Shown: one piece after another, positions 16,017 through 25,479 of the stretch
Layout: each line of letters opens with the position of its first letter
Position numbering within the stretch: the stretch's first letter is position 1
From: an uncultured Bacteroidaceae bacterium
GTDB lineage: Bacteria > Bacteroidota > Bacteroidia > Bacteroidales > Bacteroidaceae
Assembly (NCBI GenBank): GCA_905235525.1
Contig: CAJOLW010000025.1
Span: 3,452-67,451, forward strand
Length of the DNA: 64,000 nucleotides
Direction: 5' to 3'
Notes under the pieces: model-generated
What the model was told of the DNA's origin: nothing
What the model saw: the letters and a program-made list of their open reading frames with translations, nothing else
Database searches by the model: none
Translations under genes and position numbers: made by a program

Positions 16017-18860
16017 ATGTTTTATAAACTCATAGAAAAGAAGCGCAATGAATGGCTGGCATCGTCAGAATGCACAATCTCCGAATTGCTCAAATATATT
16101 GAACAACGCGGAATGATGCGTGATGCACAGTTGGAAGCCATCAAGACATATTTGTTTCTGAAGATTGCCTGTCAGAACAGACCTTTATGGGAACTATTTG
16201 TGAATGGTGTCTTCAATGACACCAACATCGGACAAGTGGAACTGACAGAGACGGCACGGGAAATCTTCAGAAAGAATAAAGCCGCTGTTGCCTTGTTCCA
16301 GTATTCGAGGTTGGAAGATAAAGGAGGAAATCAACTGGCTCCCAAACTGGAGCAGTTCATCAAGCAGAATGCCGACAAGATAGATTACGAGACGGCTTTC
16401 AAAGAGATTTTCTATGGGGTCAACTACACAGACTATCTTTTCAGCCTTCCGATGGGTGCTGGCAAAACCTACTTGATGGCAGCATTCATTTATCTGGACC
16501 TTTATTTTGCGCAGAAAGATCCTGATCACCCATGCTTTGCCCATAACTTCATGGTGATGGCACCTTCTGGCTTGAAATCTTCTATCGTGCCCAGTTTGAA
16601 GCATATCAAGGAGTTTGACCCATCATGGATTATACCTGAGCCAACAGCCTCACAACTTCGGAGACTCATTAAGTTTGAGATACTCGATGAACAGAAGGCT
16701 GCCAACAAGAGCAATCGTGTCAAGAATCCCAATGCACAGAAAATCAACAACCATCAACCCTTGGAAGACTTGATGGGGTTGGTGGCAATCACTAATGCCG
16801 AGAAGGTCATCCTCGACCATTACGAGGAAAGCCTGATGCCTCTTTTTATTTCTCAGCAGAACTTTTATAAGGCTACTTGTGCCAATGAATTGCGTGAAAT
16901 CATTGGCAAAATTCCTCATTTAGCCATCTATATTGACGAGGTGCATCATGCAGCCGATGGAGACATCAAACTGAGGCAGGTTATCAATGACGAATGGACA
17001 AAAAGCAACACTTTCAATTCCGTGTTGGGTTTCTCTGGCACTCCTTATCTGGACAAGGCAGAACAGGTCTTGCTGGCAGGGGAGTTCTCCATTAAAAACA
17101 CCGACCTCGCCAACGTTGTGTATTATTACCCTTTGATAGAGGGCATCGGCAATTTTCTGAAAAAACCTGAGGTGAATTATACAGACAATGACATACAAAC
17201 GATTGTAACAAACGGAGTCAGCGAGTTTCTTGACCACTATCGTGACACCCTCTATGCTAATGGAACTTGTGCCAAGTTGGCAATCTATTGCGGACAGATT
17301 GAGACACTTGAAGAGGTCATCTATCCGCTTGTGGCAGAAATCGTGGCTTCATACGGACTGAATCCCACCGATGTCATTCTGAAATATCATGGAGGCAACA
17401 GGCAATATCCTCAACCGGAAGGGTCAGAGGCAGCGTTTGCTTCGCTCGACACGACCATTTCCAAAATAAAAATAGTTCTCCTTGTTCAGATAGGTAAGGA
17501 AGGTTGGGACTGCAAGAGCCTGACGGGAGTCATCCTGCCCCAAAAAGGTGTCTGCCCTACGAACATGGTGTTGCAGACCTCATGCCGCTGTCTGCGTCAA
17601 GTGGTCAAGAATAGCACAGAAACGGCTTTAATCTGGCTGAACAAATGGAATGCTGACACGTTGAATCAGCAATTGAAAAGGCAACAAAACATCACATTGA
17701 AGGAGTTTGGCAGCAAACAACCATCTGTCAAGAATATTGAAAGATTCTCTCGCATGGAGCACATGCAGGTGCCACCCATTGACTTCTACCAACTGAAAGT
17801 CAATTATGAGACCTTGGTGATAGATGAAACCAACGAGCCTGCACAAAGGCTGAAGGATTCTTCATTGCTTTCTGAAGCAGACGTTTCCCTGATTCATCAG
17901 CAGGACATGGAAAGCAATCTGCTCGCTAGTTTCCAACAGGAATCAACAGAAGAAGTCTGCGTGTCCTTCCGTTGGTGGATTCATCAGATAGCCAAGGAGA
18001 GTTTTGGCACTTTGAAAATAGCCGACCTGAAAACTTGTGAAGCGGAACTGCAGAGCATTTTTGAACAAACGACGATGGAGAAGGATGGCACAAGGATAGA
18101 AAATCCGAAGTATGACCATCAGCGCATCCGTTCGCTCATCCGTCAGGCTTTTGTACCTCTGCGTAACATTCTGGTGAAAGAAGAAATTGTGCCAGAGCAA
18201 GCACAACTCTTGCAGATTGAAAAACTGACCTCGCCTGTAGAAAACAGCGAAAAATATTATCCTAATCAGCAAGTTGTCCATGAAATCATGGAATGGGACA
18301 AGAAGCCTCCACAGCGAGAACAAAGTCCGGAAGTGCTCAAGATGCTGGAGCAACTGAAAGCAATGGGGCAGGATGTGTCAGCCATCCAACCGCAAAAAGA
18401 CCCATATCCAGAGCGTACACAGACCTATCACTACTTACCTTATCGTTTCGACAGCTATCTGGAGAAGAAATTCCTTTCAGAAGAGATCTTGCCCATTATC
18501 AGGGACAAGCATCTAGAGGTGTATTTCAATGGCGATGACACACTGACAGAGTTCAAAATCAACTGCTACAGCAAGCAAGGAGATGGCTGGCGATATATTG
18601 GTAAGTACGTACCAGATTTTTTGCTGCTCAGTCGTAATGAAGACAAGCAAATTGACAAGGTGATTATCATCGAGACCAAAGGTGAAGGCTTTGCAGCCAA
18701 GTTCAAGGATAAACTCAAATTCATGTCAGCGTTTGTGGAGAAGAACAATGACAAGTTTGGTTATAAGCGTTTTGACTTCCTCTATTTGGAGGATGTACTA
18801 AAGCAAGAGGAGCGCAGAAGAAAGACGCTGAAAGCCATCCAAGATTTCTTTAACATGTAA
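16017..18860 (+). CDS. Type III restriction Res-like SF2 helicase with C-terminal PD-(D/E)xK nuclease motif
   Basis: 947 aa with motif I SLPMGAGKTYLM, motif II IYIDEVHHA, GFSGTP, KEGWDCKSL and motif VI QTSCRCLRQ. The C-terminus reads KYVPDFLLLS...KVIIIETKGEGF. Confidence 0.8.
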   Translation: MFYKLIEKKRNEWLASSECTISELLKYIEQRGMMRDAQLEAIKTYLFLKIACQNRPLWELFVNGVFNDTNIGQVELTETAREIFRKNKAAVALFQYSRLEDKGGNQLAPKLEQFIKQNADKIDYETAFKEIFYGVNYTDYLFSLPMGAGKTYLMAAFIYLDLYFAQKDPDHPCFAHNFMVMAPSGLKSSIVPSLKHIKEFDPSWIIPEPTASQLRRLIKFEILDEQKAANKSNRVKNPNAQKINNHQPLEDLMGLVAITNAEKVILDHYEESLMPLFISQQNFYKATCANELREIIGKIPHLAIYIDEVHHAADGDIKLRQVINDEWTKSNTFNSVLGFSGTPYLDKAEQVLLAGEFSIKNTDLANVVYYYPLIEGIGNFLKKPEVNYTDNDIQTIVTNGVSEFLDHYRDTLYANGTCAKLAIYCGQIETLEEVIYPLVAEIVASYGLNPTDVILKYHGGNRQYPQPEGSEAAFASLDTTISKIKIVLLVQIGKEGWDCKSLTGVILPQKGVCPTNMVLQTSCRCLRQVVKNSTETALIWLNKWNADTLNQQLKRQQNITLKEFGSKQPSVKNIERFSRMEHMQVPPIDFYQLKVNYETLVIDETNEPAQRLKDSSLLSEADVSLIHQQDMESNLLASFQQESTEEVCVSFRWWIHQIAKESFGTLKIADLKTCEAELQSIFEQTTMEKDGTRIENPKYDHQRIRSLIRQAFVPLRNILVKEEIVPEQAQLLQIEKLTSPVENSEKYYPNQQVVHEIMEWDKKPPQREQSPEVLKMLEQLKAMGQDVSAIQPQKDPYPERTQTYHYLPYRFDSYLEKKFLSEEILPIIRDKHLEVYFNGDDTLTEFKINCYSKQGDGWRYIGKYVPDFLLLSRNEDKQIDKVIIIETKGEGFAAKFKDKLKFMSAFVEKNNDKFGYKRFDFLYLEDVLKQEERRRKTLKAIQDFFNM

Positions 18861-18873
18861 ACAACCGTAAGTT

Positions 18874-20843
18874 ATGGCCATCAAATACGTTCCCTATTAT
18901 CCCAATACGCTTGAGGGACAAGCAATCTTAGATAATTTTGTGCGTACCAAGCGAGTGCTTCGCTATCGTGACAACGATCAAGTCATAGAGCGTGTTCAGC
19001 GAGGCATGCCCCTTTATGAGATGGAGCAGAAAGAGCAGATTGGCACGAATCCACATCACAACATGGTGATTCGTGGTGAGTGCCTTTCGGCTTGTGCCTA
19101 TCTGAGAGATCAAGGGGTACAGGTTGATCTTGTGTATATTGATCCACCCTTTGCTAGTGGTGCCGACTATGCAAAAAAAGTGTATATTCGCCGTAATCCT
19201 AAAATTGCAGAAGCCATTGCAAAGGCAGAAGAGGAACTTGACTTGGAAGAGTTAAGAACTTTCGAGGAGAAAATGTATGGGGATGTATGGGACAAAGAAA
19301 AATATTTAAATTGGATGTATGAAAATCTCATGGCAATAAAATGAGTGATGAGGCTAGTATTTACGTACACCTAGATTATAACATTGTTCATTATGTCAAA
19401 GTTTTGATGGATGAGATTTTTGGAGGGTATGAATTTACAGAAATCACTTGGATTTGTGGACTAATGGGTGCGGGTGAACGATTTCCAAAATCTCATGAAA
19501 CAATATTGTATTATTACAAAGCAGATAGTGTTTTTAATATACAAACAAGGTTGGGATATTCCGATAGAATTACGAAAGCATTACAAAAAGACGAAAAAGG
19601 ATGGTTTTACACAAGAGGTCGTGAGAGTAGTGGAGGGATGAACTGTCTGAAAACTTATATTTGTGAGAATCCATTGTTAACAAAGGAGGAAGCAATAAAA
19701 TGGGCAGAAAAGAATAGACCACAACCATGTTGGGATACTTGGATTGGAAAACCTGAGATTGCCAAAACCTATGGAGATTATGGTACAGGAACTTATGCAT
19801 ACACTCCTAATGAAAATGTAAATTATGCCACTCAGAAACCAGAAGCCCTCCTTGAACGTGTCATTAAAGCCAGCAGTGATGAGGGGATGCTTGTTGCCGA
19901 CTTCTTTGGTGGCAGTGGCGTGACAGCAGCGGTGGCCAATAAGTTGGGACGCAATTTTATTCATTGCGATATAGGTATCAATAGCATTCAGACAGCCAGA
20001 GACCGTTTGGTGGCAGACAAGGCAGAGTTTGAAGTGTTGGAGGTGAAGGATGGTGTATCGCTTTATCGCAATCCTGTTCAGACAATGGATAAGTTGAAAA
20101 GTCTGATTCAAGGTCTGCGCAACGAGGACGTGCTGGATAAATTCTGGGAAGGAAGCATTATGGATACGAAATTTGGCATGATGCCAGTTTATCTGCCCAA
20201 CCTGATGGACAGCAGTACCCGTCTGCTTGATATACCTCAGATGAACCGCATCATCCGTGAGGCTTTGCCTGACCTGCCAGACGACATCCAACGTGTCATT
20301 GTCTATTACATTGACATCACAGACCGCAACGATATAGAGCAATTTATCAAGGAACAGAATGACCAGACAACAATTGACATAGAATTGCGTGACTTGAAGC
20401 AGGTGCTGGATGATATAGTATTAGAGGATGAGGCTGAATGGGAAGTAAGTGAAACGCATGATTCCATTTGGTCGGGGTGGCAAGTGGAAATGAAGAGTTT
20501 CCACAGCGACCGTGTGCTGAAAAAGATAGAGGAAGTGAACCTGAAAGCCGAACAGCAAGCCATGCAGAAAAGGGCAAAAGGTAAAGACGTGCCTTTCAAC
20601 CCCATCAGAATCAGCGATGAGGGACTGGAAACCATCGAATGGGTGAGCCTTGACTGCACCAATGCCGACAAGCAGGCTCCTTGGCACAGTGATGCAGAAG
20701 TGAAGATTGACCGTCTCGGCTTTGTCATCCTCAATGGCAAGAAGACTGCAAACTTTTGGGATGCCACCATCCGAAGCAACCAGAAGCCTCTCCGTATGAA
20801 AATCCGCAATATTTGTGGAGATGAAACTATGTTTATAATATAA
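18874..20843 (+). pseudogene. beta-class N6-adenine/N4-cytosine DNA methyltransferase (Type III Mod-like), split into 156-aa and 500-aa ORFs
   Basis: ORF1 carries motif IV VDLVYIDPPFASGADY and ends ...NLMAIK*. ORF2 (frame -1) starts [28 protein letters not shown] and carries motif [26 protein letters not shown]. One extra A in the AAAA run at 19338-19341 would fuse them. Confidence 0.8.
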
Positions 20844-20853
20844 ATTATTGTTT

Positions 20854-21831
20854 ATGAGTCAAGATTCAACCGATAGCAAAGGAAATCTCGTGTCTAAATA
20901 TGGGACGTTGTTTCTTATTGTTTTGTCTATTTTTACCATCTTATTTTGTGTTTTTTTATATTTCGCAAATGTGGAATTTCGTAATTCACAGGAAGAAATA
21001 AAGAAAAGTTATGTTGACCATATACGAAGAGCCGATAGTTTATATTTCGACATGGTTGTATATAATAAGGAATATGTTCATGGTGTTAGTGATATAAATG
21101 CAGCCATTCTTACTGATTCATTAGTAAAGAACGCTATCATTCCAAATGGTGGACTCGCACAGTCACAATATCAGAATCTTTCAACTATTATTTCAAGCCA
21201 TTTCGAGAATATAGAAAAACTGCATGCTACATACGATGACAAAATGACGCGTGATTCTCTACTTTTAGTGACAGAGCGACAAGTTTTAGAAGGACAAACA
21301 AAGACAATGCTTGACTTGCATCTGAACAAAATAGAGCATGAATATAGTAATATTACAATATGGGCAGCAGTGCTAACAATTCTTTTTCTTGTATTTAGTT
21401 TTTATTCTATTTTCAAAATGGATGAGTTGATTCAGCAAGGAAATGAAGGCGTTAAAAGCATTAGACAATTACATACAAATGGAGAAAACTTAATTAATTC
21501 AATTTCAGAAAAAGGAGAGAAAACTTTCAAGAAAGCGGATGAGAAATTGAAAAATCTTGTTAATAGCCAACAACAAATAGTGGCTGAAACAATTGGACAG
21601 ACAAATAGTATGCTTGAGAATCAAAAAGAGCAGTATAGACAAATAATAAATAAATTAGAAGACATAAACAAAACTCGAGATGAATACACGAAAATTCTAA
21701 GTGATCAGTTGGAACAAATAGAAACAAAATATGACAAGATGTTACAAGAAAAAATTAAAGAACTGTATTCTGATATGGAGGCGATAAGACAATTTATGGA
21801 TGATAATGGTATTAAGCATCAGGATATATAA
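20854..21831 (+). CDS. hypothetical 2-TM protein with cytoplasmic coiled-coil tail
   Basis: ATG at 20854 (the track start 20848 is TTG). TM1 is LFLIVLSIFTILFCVFLYFANV, followed by a roughly 140-aa loop domain. TM2 is ITIWAAVLTILFLVFSFYSIF, followed by a roughly 130-aa K/E/Q-rich heptad-like tail. Very AT-rich. Confidence 0.6.
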   Translation: MSQDSTDSKGNLVSKYGTLFLIVLSIFTILFCVFLYFANVEFRNSQEEIKKSYVDHIRRADSLYFDMVVYNKEYVHGVSDINAAILTDSLVKNAIIPNGGLAQSQYQNLSTIISSHFENIEKLHATYDDKMTRDSLLLVTERQVLEGQTKTMLDLHLNKIEHEYSNITIWAAVLTILFLVFSFYSIFKMDELIQQGNEGVKSIRQLHTNGENLINSISEKGEKTFKKADEKLKNLVNSQQQIVAETIGQTNSMLENQKEQYRQIINKLEDINKTRDEYTKILSDQLEQIETKYDKMLQEKIKELYSDMEAIRQFMDDNGIKHQDI

Positions 21832-21846
21832 TAAAAGAGAGGTGTC

Positions 21847-22311
21847 ATGGCTGATTTATTTATAGATTCGTCAAATGCACTAGCAAGTGCAGAAAAAGAG
21901 CAAAGGAAGATCTCTCAAAAAGAATTTGAGATAAAACTTGCAGATATTAATAACAGATATTCTGCAACAAATGGTAGTAGTTCCTATTATTATAACCAAC
22001 AGAAGAAAATGCTGTTGGAAACAGAGGTATCTTCATATAAGAACCAGCGTGACAATTATATAAACGTGGCATTATTATATGCATTGAATTTAGGAGAATT
22101 GGAAGTTATGAGGAACGAAACTTATTCAAGGGCTTCTATAGCACTTGCGAGTATATGTACTTTTCTTACAATACAAAATATCCATATATCATTATCTTAT
22201 TCTATTATTCAGAAAATCTGTTCATTGAGTTCTATACTTACATTACATCCTCGTGATTTTTTCTCATTAAGACAATCGTTGAATAATCTAAAAACATTTT
22301 TGGGGATCTAA
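21847..22311 (+). CDS. hypothetical 154-aa protein (N-terminal helical region, hydrophobic C-terminal half)
   Basis: The ORF starts 15 nt after the previous gene and has the same AT-rich composition. I recognise no motif. Confidence 0.5.
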   Translation: MADLFIDSSNALASAEKEQRKISQKEFEIKLADINNRYSATNGSSSYYYNQQKKMLLETEVSSYKNQRDNYINVALLYALNLGELEVMRNETYSRASIALASICTFLTIQNIHISLSYSIIQKICSLSSILTLHPRDFFSLRQSLNNLKTFLGI

Positions 22312-22420
22312 CGGTATTTCTTGTTATAAAGGTGGATATGAGAAACAAGAATAAAATACTTAATACAGACAGTGAGCGAACAAAGATATTGTTCGAAGTA
22401 GAATCTAAGATAAATAATTG

Positions 22421-22460
22421 AAAAGCCTCAATGTCAAACAAAGGACTTTGGGGCTTTTTC
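22421..22460 (+). terminator. weak hairpin plus T-run closing the island
   Basis: AAAAGCC...(24-nt loop)...GGCTTTTT. The stem is short and imperfect. Confidence 0.3.
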
Positions 22461-22515
22461 GTTGGAGTGATGCTCAATTCTTTATTTTCATTCTTCATTC
22501 TTCATTAAAATGTCG

Positions 22516-22523
22516 TACCTTTG
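22516..22523 (+). promoter_or_regulatory. Bacteroidota -7 box (TACCTTTG) for leuS
   Basis: 29 nt upstream of ATG 22552. Confidence 0.5.
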
Positions 22524-22551
22524 CAGTTGAAATTTAGAAAACTAATAAGCA

Positions 22552-25479
22552 ATGGAATACAATTTTAGAGAGATTGAGCAGAAATGGCAACAGCGATGGG
22601 TGGAAGAGAAGACCTATCAGGTTGCTGAGGACAAGAGCAAACCGAAGTTTTATGTGTTGAACATGTTCCCCTACCCCAGTGGGGCGGGTCTGCATGTGGG
22701 ACACCCATTAGGATATATTGCGAGTGACATCTATGCGCGTTTCAAGCGTCTGCAGGGATATAACGTGCTGAACCCGATGGGGTATGATGCGTATGGTCTG
22801 CCTGCTGAACAGTATGCGATTCAGACGGGTCAGCACCCTGAGAAGACGACCTTCCAGAACATTGACCGCTATCGTGAGCAACTGGACAAGATTGGCTTCT
22901 GCTTTGACTGGGACAGAGAGGTGAGAACTTGTGCACCTGGCTACTACAAGTGGACGCAATGGGCGTTCCAGAAGATGTTCAACTCTTTTTTCTGTCTGAA
23001 AGAGCAGAAGGCAATGCCGATTGAGAAACTCATCCAGCGTTTCGAAACCAAGGGAACGCTGAGCGACGATGGCGGCACGGTGCAGGTGGCTTGTACGGAA
23101 GAACTGCACTTCACTGCTGAGGAGTGGAACTCGTGGGACGAGAAGAAGAAGAGTGACGTGCTGATGAACTACAGGATTGCCTTCATGGGCGAGACGATGG
23201 TGAACTGGTGTGCTGGACTGGGTACCGTGCTGGCGAATGACGAGGTGGTTGACGGTGTGAGTGTGCGTGGCGGTTTCCCTGTGGAGCAGAAGAAGATGAG
23301 GCAGTGGTGCTTGAGAGTGAGTGCCTACGCACAGCGACTTTTGGACGGACTGGACACGATAGAGTGGAGCGACAGCATCAAGGAGACGCAGAAGAACTGG
23401 ATTGGCCGAAGTGAAGGTACGGAAGTGGAATTCAAGATTGCCAGCCCCCTCCCAACCTCCCCCAAGGGGGAGGAGAACCATCCGGATGGCAATCACTCTC
23501 CTTTGGGGGAAACGGAAGGGGCCTCCTTCACCATCTTCACCACCCGTGCCGACACGATGTTTGGTGTCACCTTCATGGTGCTGGCTCCTGAGAGTGAACT
23601 GGTGGAGAAAGTGACGACGGCTGAACAGAAGGCTGCCGTGGAGGAATATATCAAGTATGTGAAGGGCCGCACGGAGCGTGAGCGCATGATCGACCACAAG
23701 GTAACGGGTGTGTTCTCGGGTTCTTACGCCATCAATCCTTTCACTGGCGAGAAAAATCCTATCTGGATTTCTGAGTATGTATTGGCAGGTTACGGTACGG
23801 GTGCCATCATGGCTGTGCCTGCGCATGACAGCCGCGACTACGCTTTTGCCAAGCATTTCGGCTTGCCGATTATTCCGCTGATTGAAGGGGCTGACGTGAG
23901 CGAGGAGAGTTATGATGCCAAGGAGGGTATCGTGACGAACTCACCACGGAAGGATGTGAAGCCATACATCGACTTCAGCCTCAACGGACTGACCGTGAAG
24001 GAGGCGATTGCTGCCACGAAGAAGTATGTGACGGAGACTGGTATTGGTCGTGTGAAGGTGAACTACCGTCTGCGTGATGCCATCTTCTCCCGTCAGCGTT
24101 ATTGGGGCGAGCCCTTCCCTGTCTATTACAAGAACGGCATCCCGACGATGATTCCAGAGGAGTGCTTGCCTATCGAACTGCCGGAGGTGGATAAGTTCCT
24201 GCCTACGGAGACGGGTGAACCGCCTCTGGGCAATGCTACCGTATGGGCTTGGGATGAGGTGAACAGGAAGATTGTGGAAAACACGAAGATTGACAACAAG
24301 ACGGTGTTCCCTATTGAACTCTACACCATGCCTGGCTTTGCAGGCAGTTCGGCTTACTATCTGCGCTATATGGATCCACATAACGACAAGGCACTGGTGA
24401 GCAAGGAGGCTGACGAATATTGGCAGAATGTGGACTTGTATGTGGGTGGTAGCGAACACGCTACGGGTCACTTGATTTACAGCCGCTTCTGGAACAAGTT
24501 CCTCTTCGACCTTGGCGTATCCTGCAAGGAAGAACCTTTCCAGAAATTGATTAACCAAGGTATGATTCAGGGCAGGAGCAACTTCGTGTATCGCATCAAG
24601 GACACGAACACGTTTGTCTCCTTCGACAAGAAAGATGGCTATGACGTGACACCTATCCATGTGGATGTGAACATCGTGAGTGCCGATGTGCTGGATGTGG
24701 AGGCCTTCAAGGCTTGGCGTCCTGAGTACAACACCGCCGAGTTCATCTTGAACGACGAGGGCAAGTACATCTGCGGATGGGCTGTGGAGAAGATGTCGAA
24801 GAGTATGTTCAACGTGGTGAACCCTGATATGATTGTGGAGAAGTTTGGTGCTGACACGCTGCGTCTCTACGAGATGTTCCTCGGTCCTGTGGAGCAGAGT
24901 AAACCTTGGGATACCAATGGCATTGACGGTTGCCACAGATTCCTGAAGAAATTGTGGAAGTTCATGACCACAGAGGAAGGTGCCATCAACGCTACCGACG
25001 GTGCTGCCTCGAAGGAGGAACTCAAGGCACTGCACACTCTCATCAAGAAAGAGACAGCCGACATCGAAGCGTTCTCATACAACACAACCATTGCTGCCTT
25101 CATGGTGTGCCTCAACGAACTGACAAAGTTGAAGAGCGAGAGCCGTGAGGTGAAGGAGACGCTGGCCATCCTGCTGGCACCGTTCTGTCCTCATGTGGCT
25201 GAAGAGTTCTGGCACCTGCTGGGACATGACACCACGGTGTGCGACGCTCCATGGCCATCCTTCAACGAAGACTACCTGAAGGAAGACTCGGTGAAGATGA
25301 TGGTGGCGTTCAATGGTAAGGCACGCTTCCCACTGGAGTTCCCCGCTGACGTGACTAAGGAGGAAGCGGAGAAGGCTGCGCTTGAAAGCCCACAATCAGC
25401 CAAGTGGATGGAAGGATTCACGGTGGCAAAGGTGATTGTGGTGCCGGGCAAGATGATTAATGTGGTATTAAAAAAGTGA
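22552..25479 (+). CDS. leuS: leucine--tRNA ligase
   Basis: 975 aa with HIGH-type motif [19 protein letters not shown] motif VEKMSKSMF and editing-domain sequence [21 protein letters not shown]. Confidence 0.97.
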   Translation: MEYNFREIEQKWQQRWVEEKTYQVAEDKSKPKFYVLNMFPYPSGAGLHVGHPLGYIASDIYARFKRLQGYNVLNPMGYDAYGLPAEQYAIQTGQHPEKTTFQNIDRYREQLDKIGFCFDWDREVRTCAPGYYKWTQWAFQKMFNSFFCLKEQKAMPIEKLIQRFETKGTLSDDGGTVQVACTEELHFTAEEWNSWDEKKKSDVLMNYRIAFMGETMVNWCAGLGTVLANDEVVDGVSVRGGFPVEQKKMRQWCLRVSAYAQRLLDGLDTIEWSDSIKETQKNWIGRSEGTEVEFKIASPLPTSPKGEENHPDGNHSPLGETEGASFTIFTTRADTMFGVTFMVLAPESELVEKVTTAEQKAAVEEYIKYVKGRTERERMIDHKVTGVFSGSYAINPFTGEKNPIWISEYVLAGYGTGAIMAVPAHDSRDYAFAKHFGLPIIPLIEGADVSEESYDAKEGIVTNSPRKDVKPYIDFSLNGLTVKEAIAATKKYVTETGIGRVKVNYRLRDAIFSRQRYWGEPFPVYYKNGIPTMIPEECLPIELPEVDKFLPTETGEPPLGNATVWAWDEVNRKIVENTKIDNKTVFPIELYTMPGFAGSSAYYLRYMDPHNDKALVSKEADEYWQNVDLYVGGSEHATGHLIYSRFWNKFLFDLGVSCKEEPFQKLINQGMIQGRSNFVYRIKDTNTFVSFDKKDGYDVTPIHVDVNIVSADVLDVEAFKAWRPEYNTAEFILNDEGKYICGWAVEKMSKSMFNVVNPDMIVEKFGADTLRLYEMFLGPVEQSKPWDTNGIDGCHRFLKKLWKFMTTEEGAINATDGAASKEELKALHTLIKKETADIEAFSYNTTIAAFMVCLNELTKLKSESREVKETLAILLAPFCPHVAEEFWHLLGHDTTVCDAPWPSFNEDYLKEDSVKMMVAFNGKARFPLEFPADVTKEEAEKAALESPQSAKWMEGFTVAKVIVVPGKMINVVLKK
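23443..23524. repeat. G/C-hairpin element with inverted arms, in frame inside leuS
   Basis: AGCCCCCTCCCAACCTCCCCCAAGGGGGAGGAG ... CTCTCCTTTGGGGGAAACGGAAGGGGCCT. It encodes [27 protein letters not shown] between the conserved GTEVEF and [10 protein letters not shown] blocks. Confidence 0.7.

Noticed and set aside
22238-22498. 86-aa minus-strand ORF at the island/leuS boundary
   Set aside because: It overlaps the 3' end of gene 21847-22311 by 74 nt and starts inside the leuS promoter region, with no motif. It remains a weak possibility only.
22708-25035. 382-aa and 364-aa ORFs antisense to leuS
   Set aside because: They are shadow ORFs opposite a clearly identified leuS, with no recognisable motifs.
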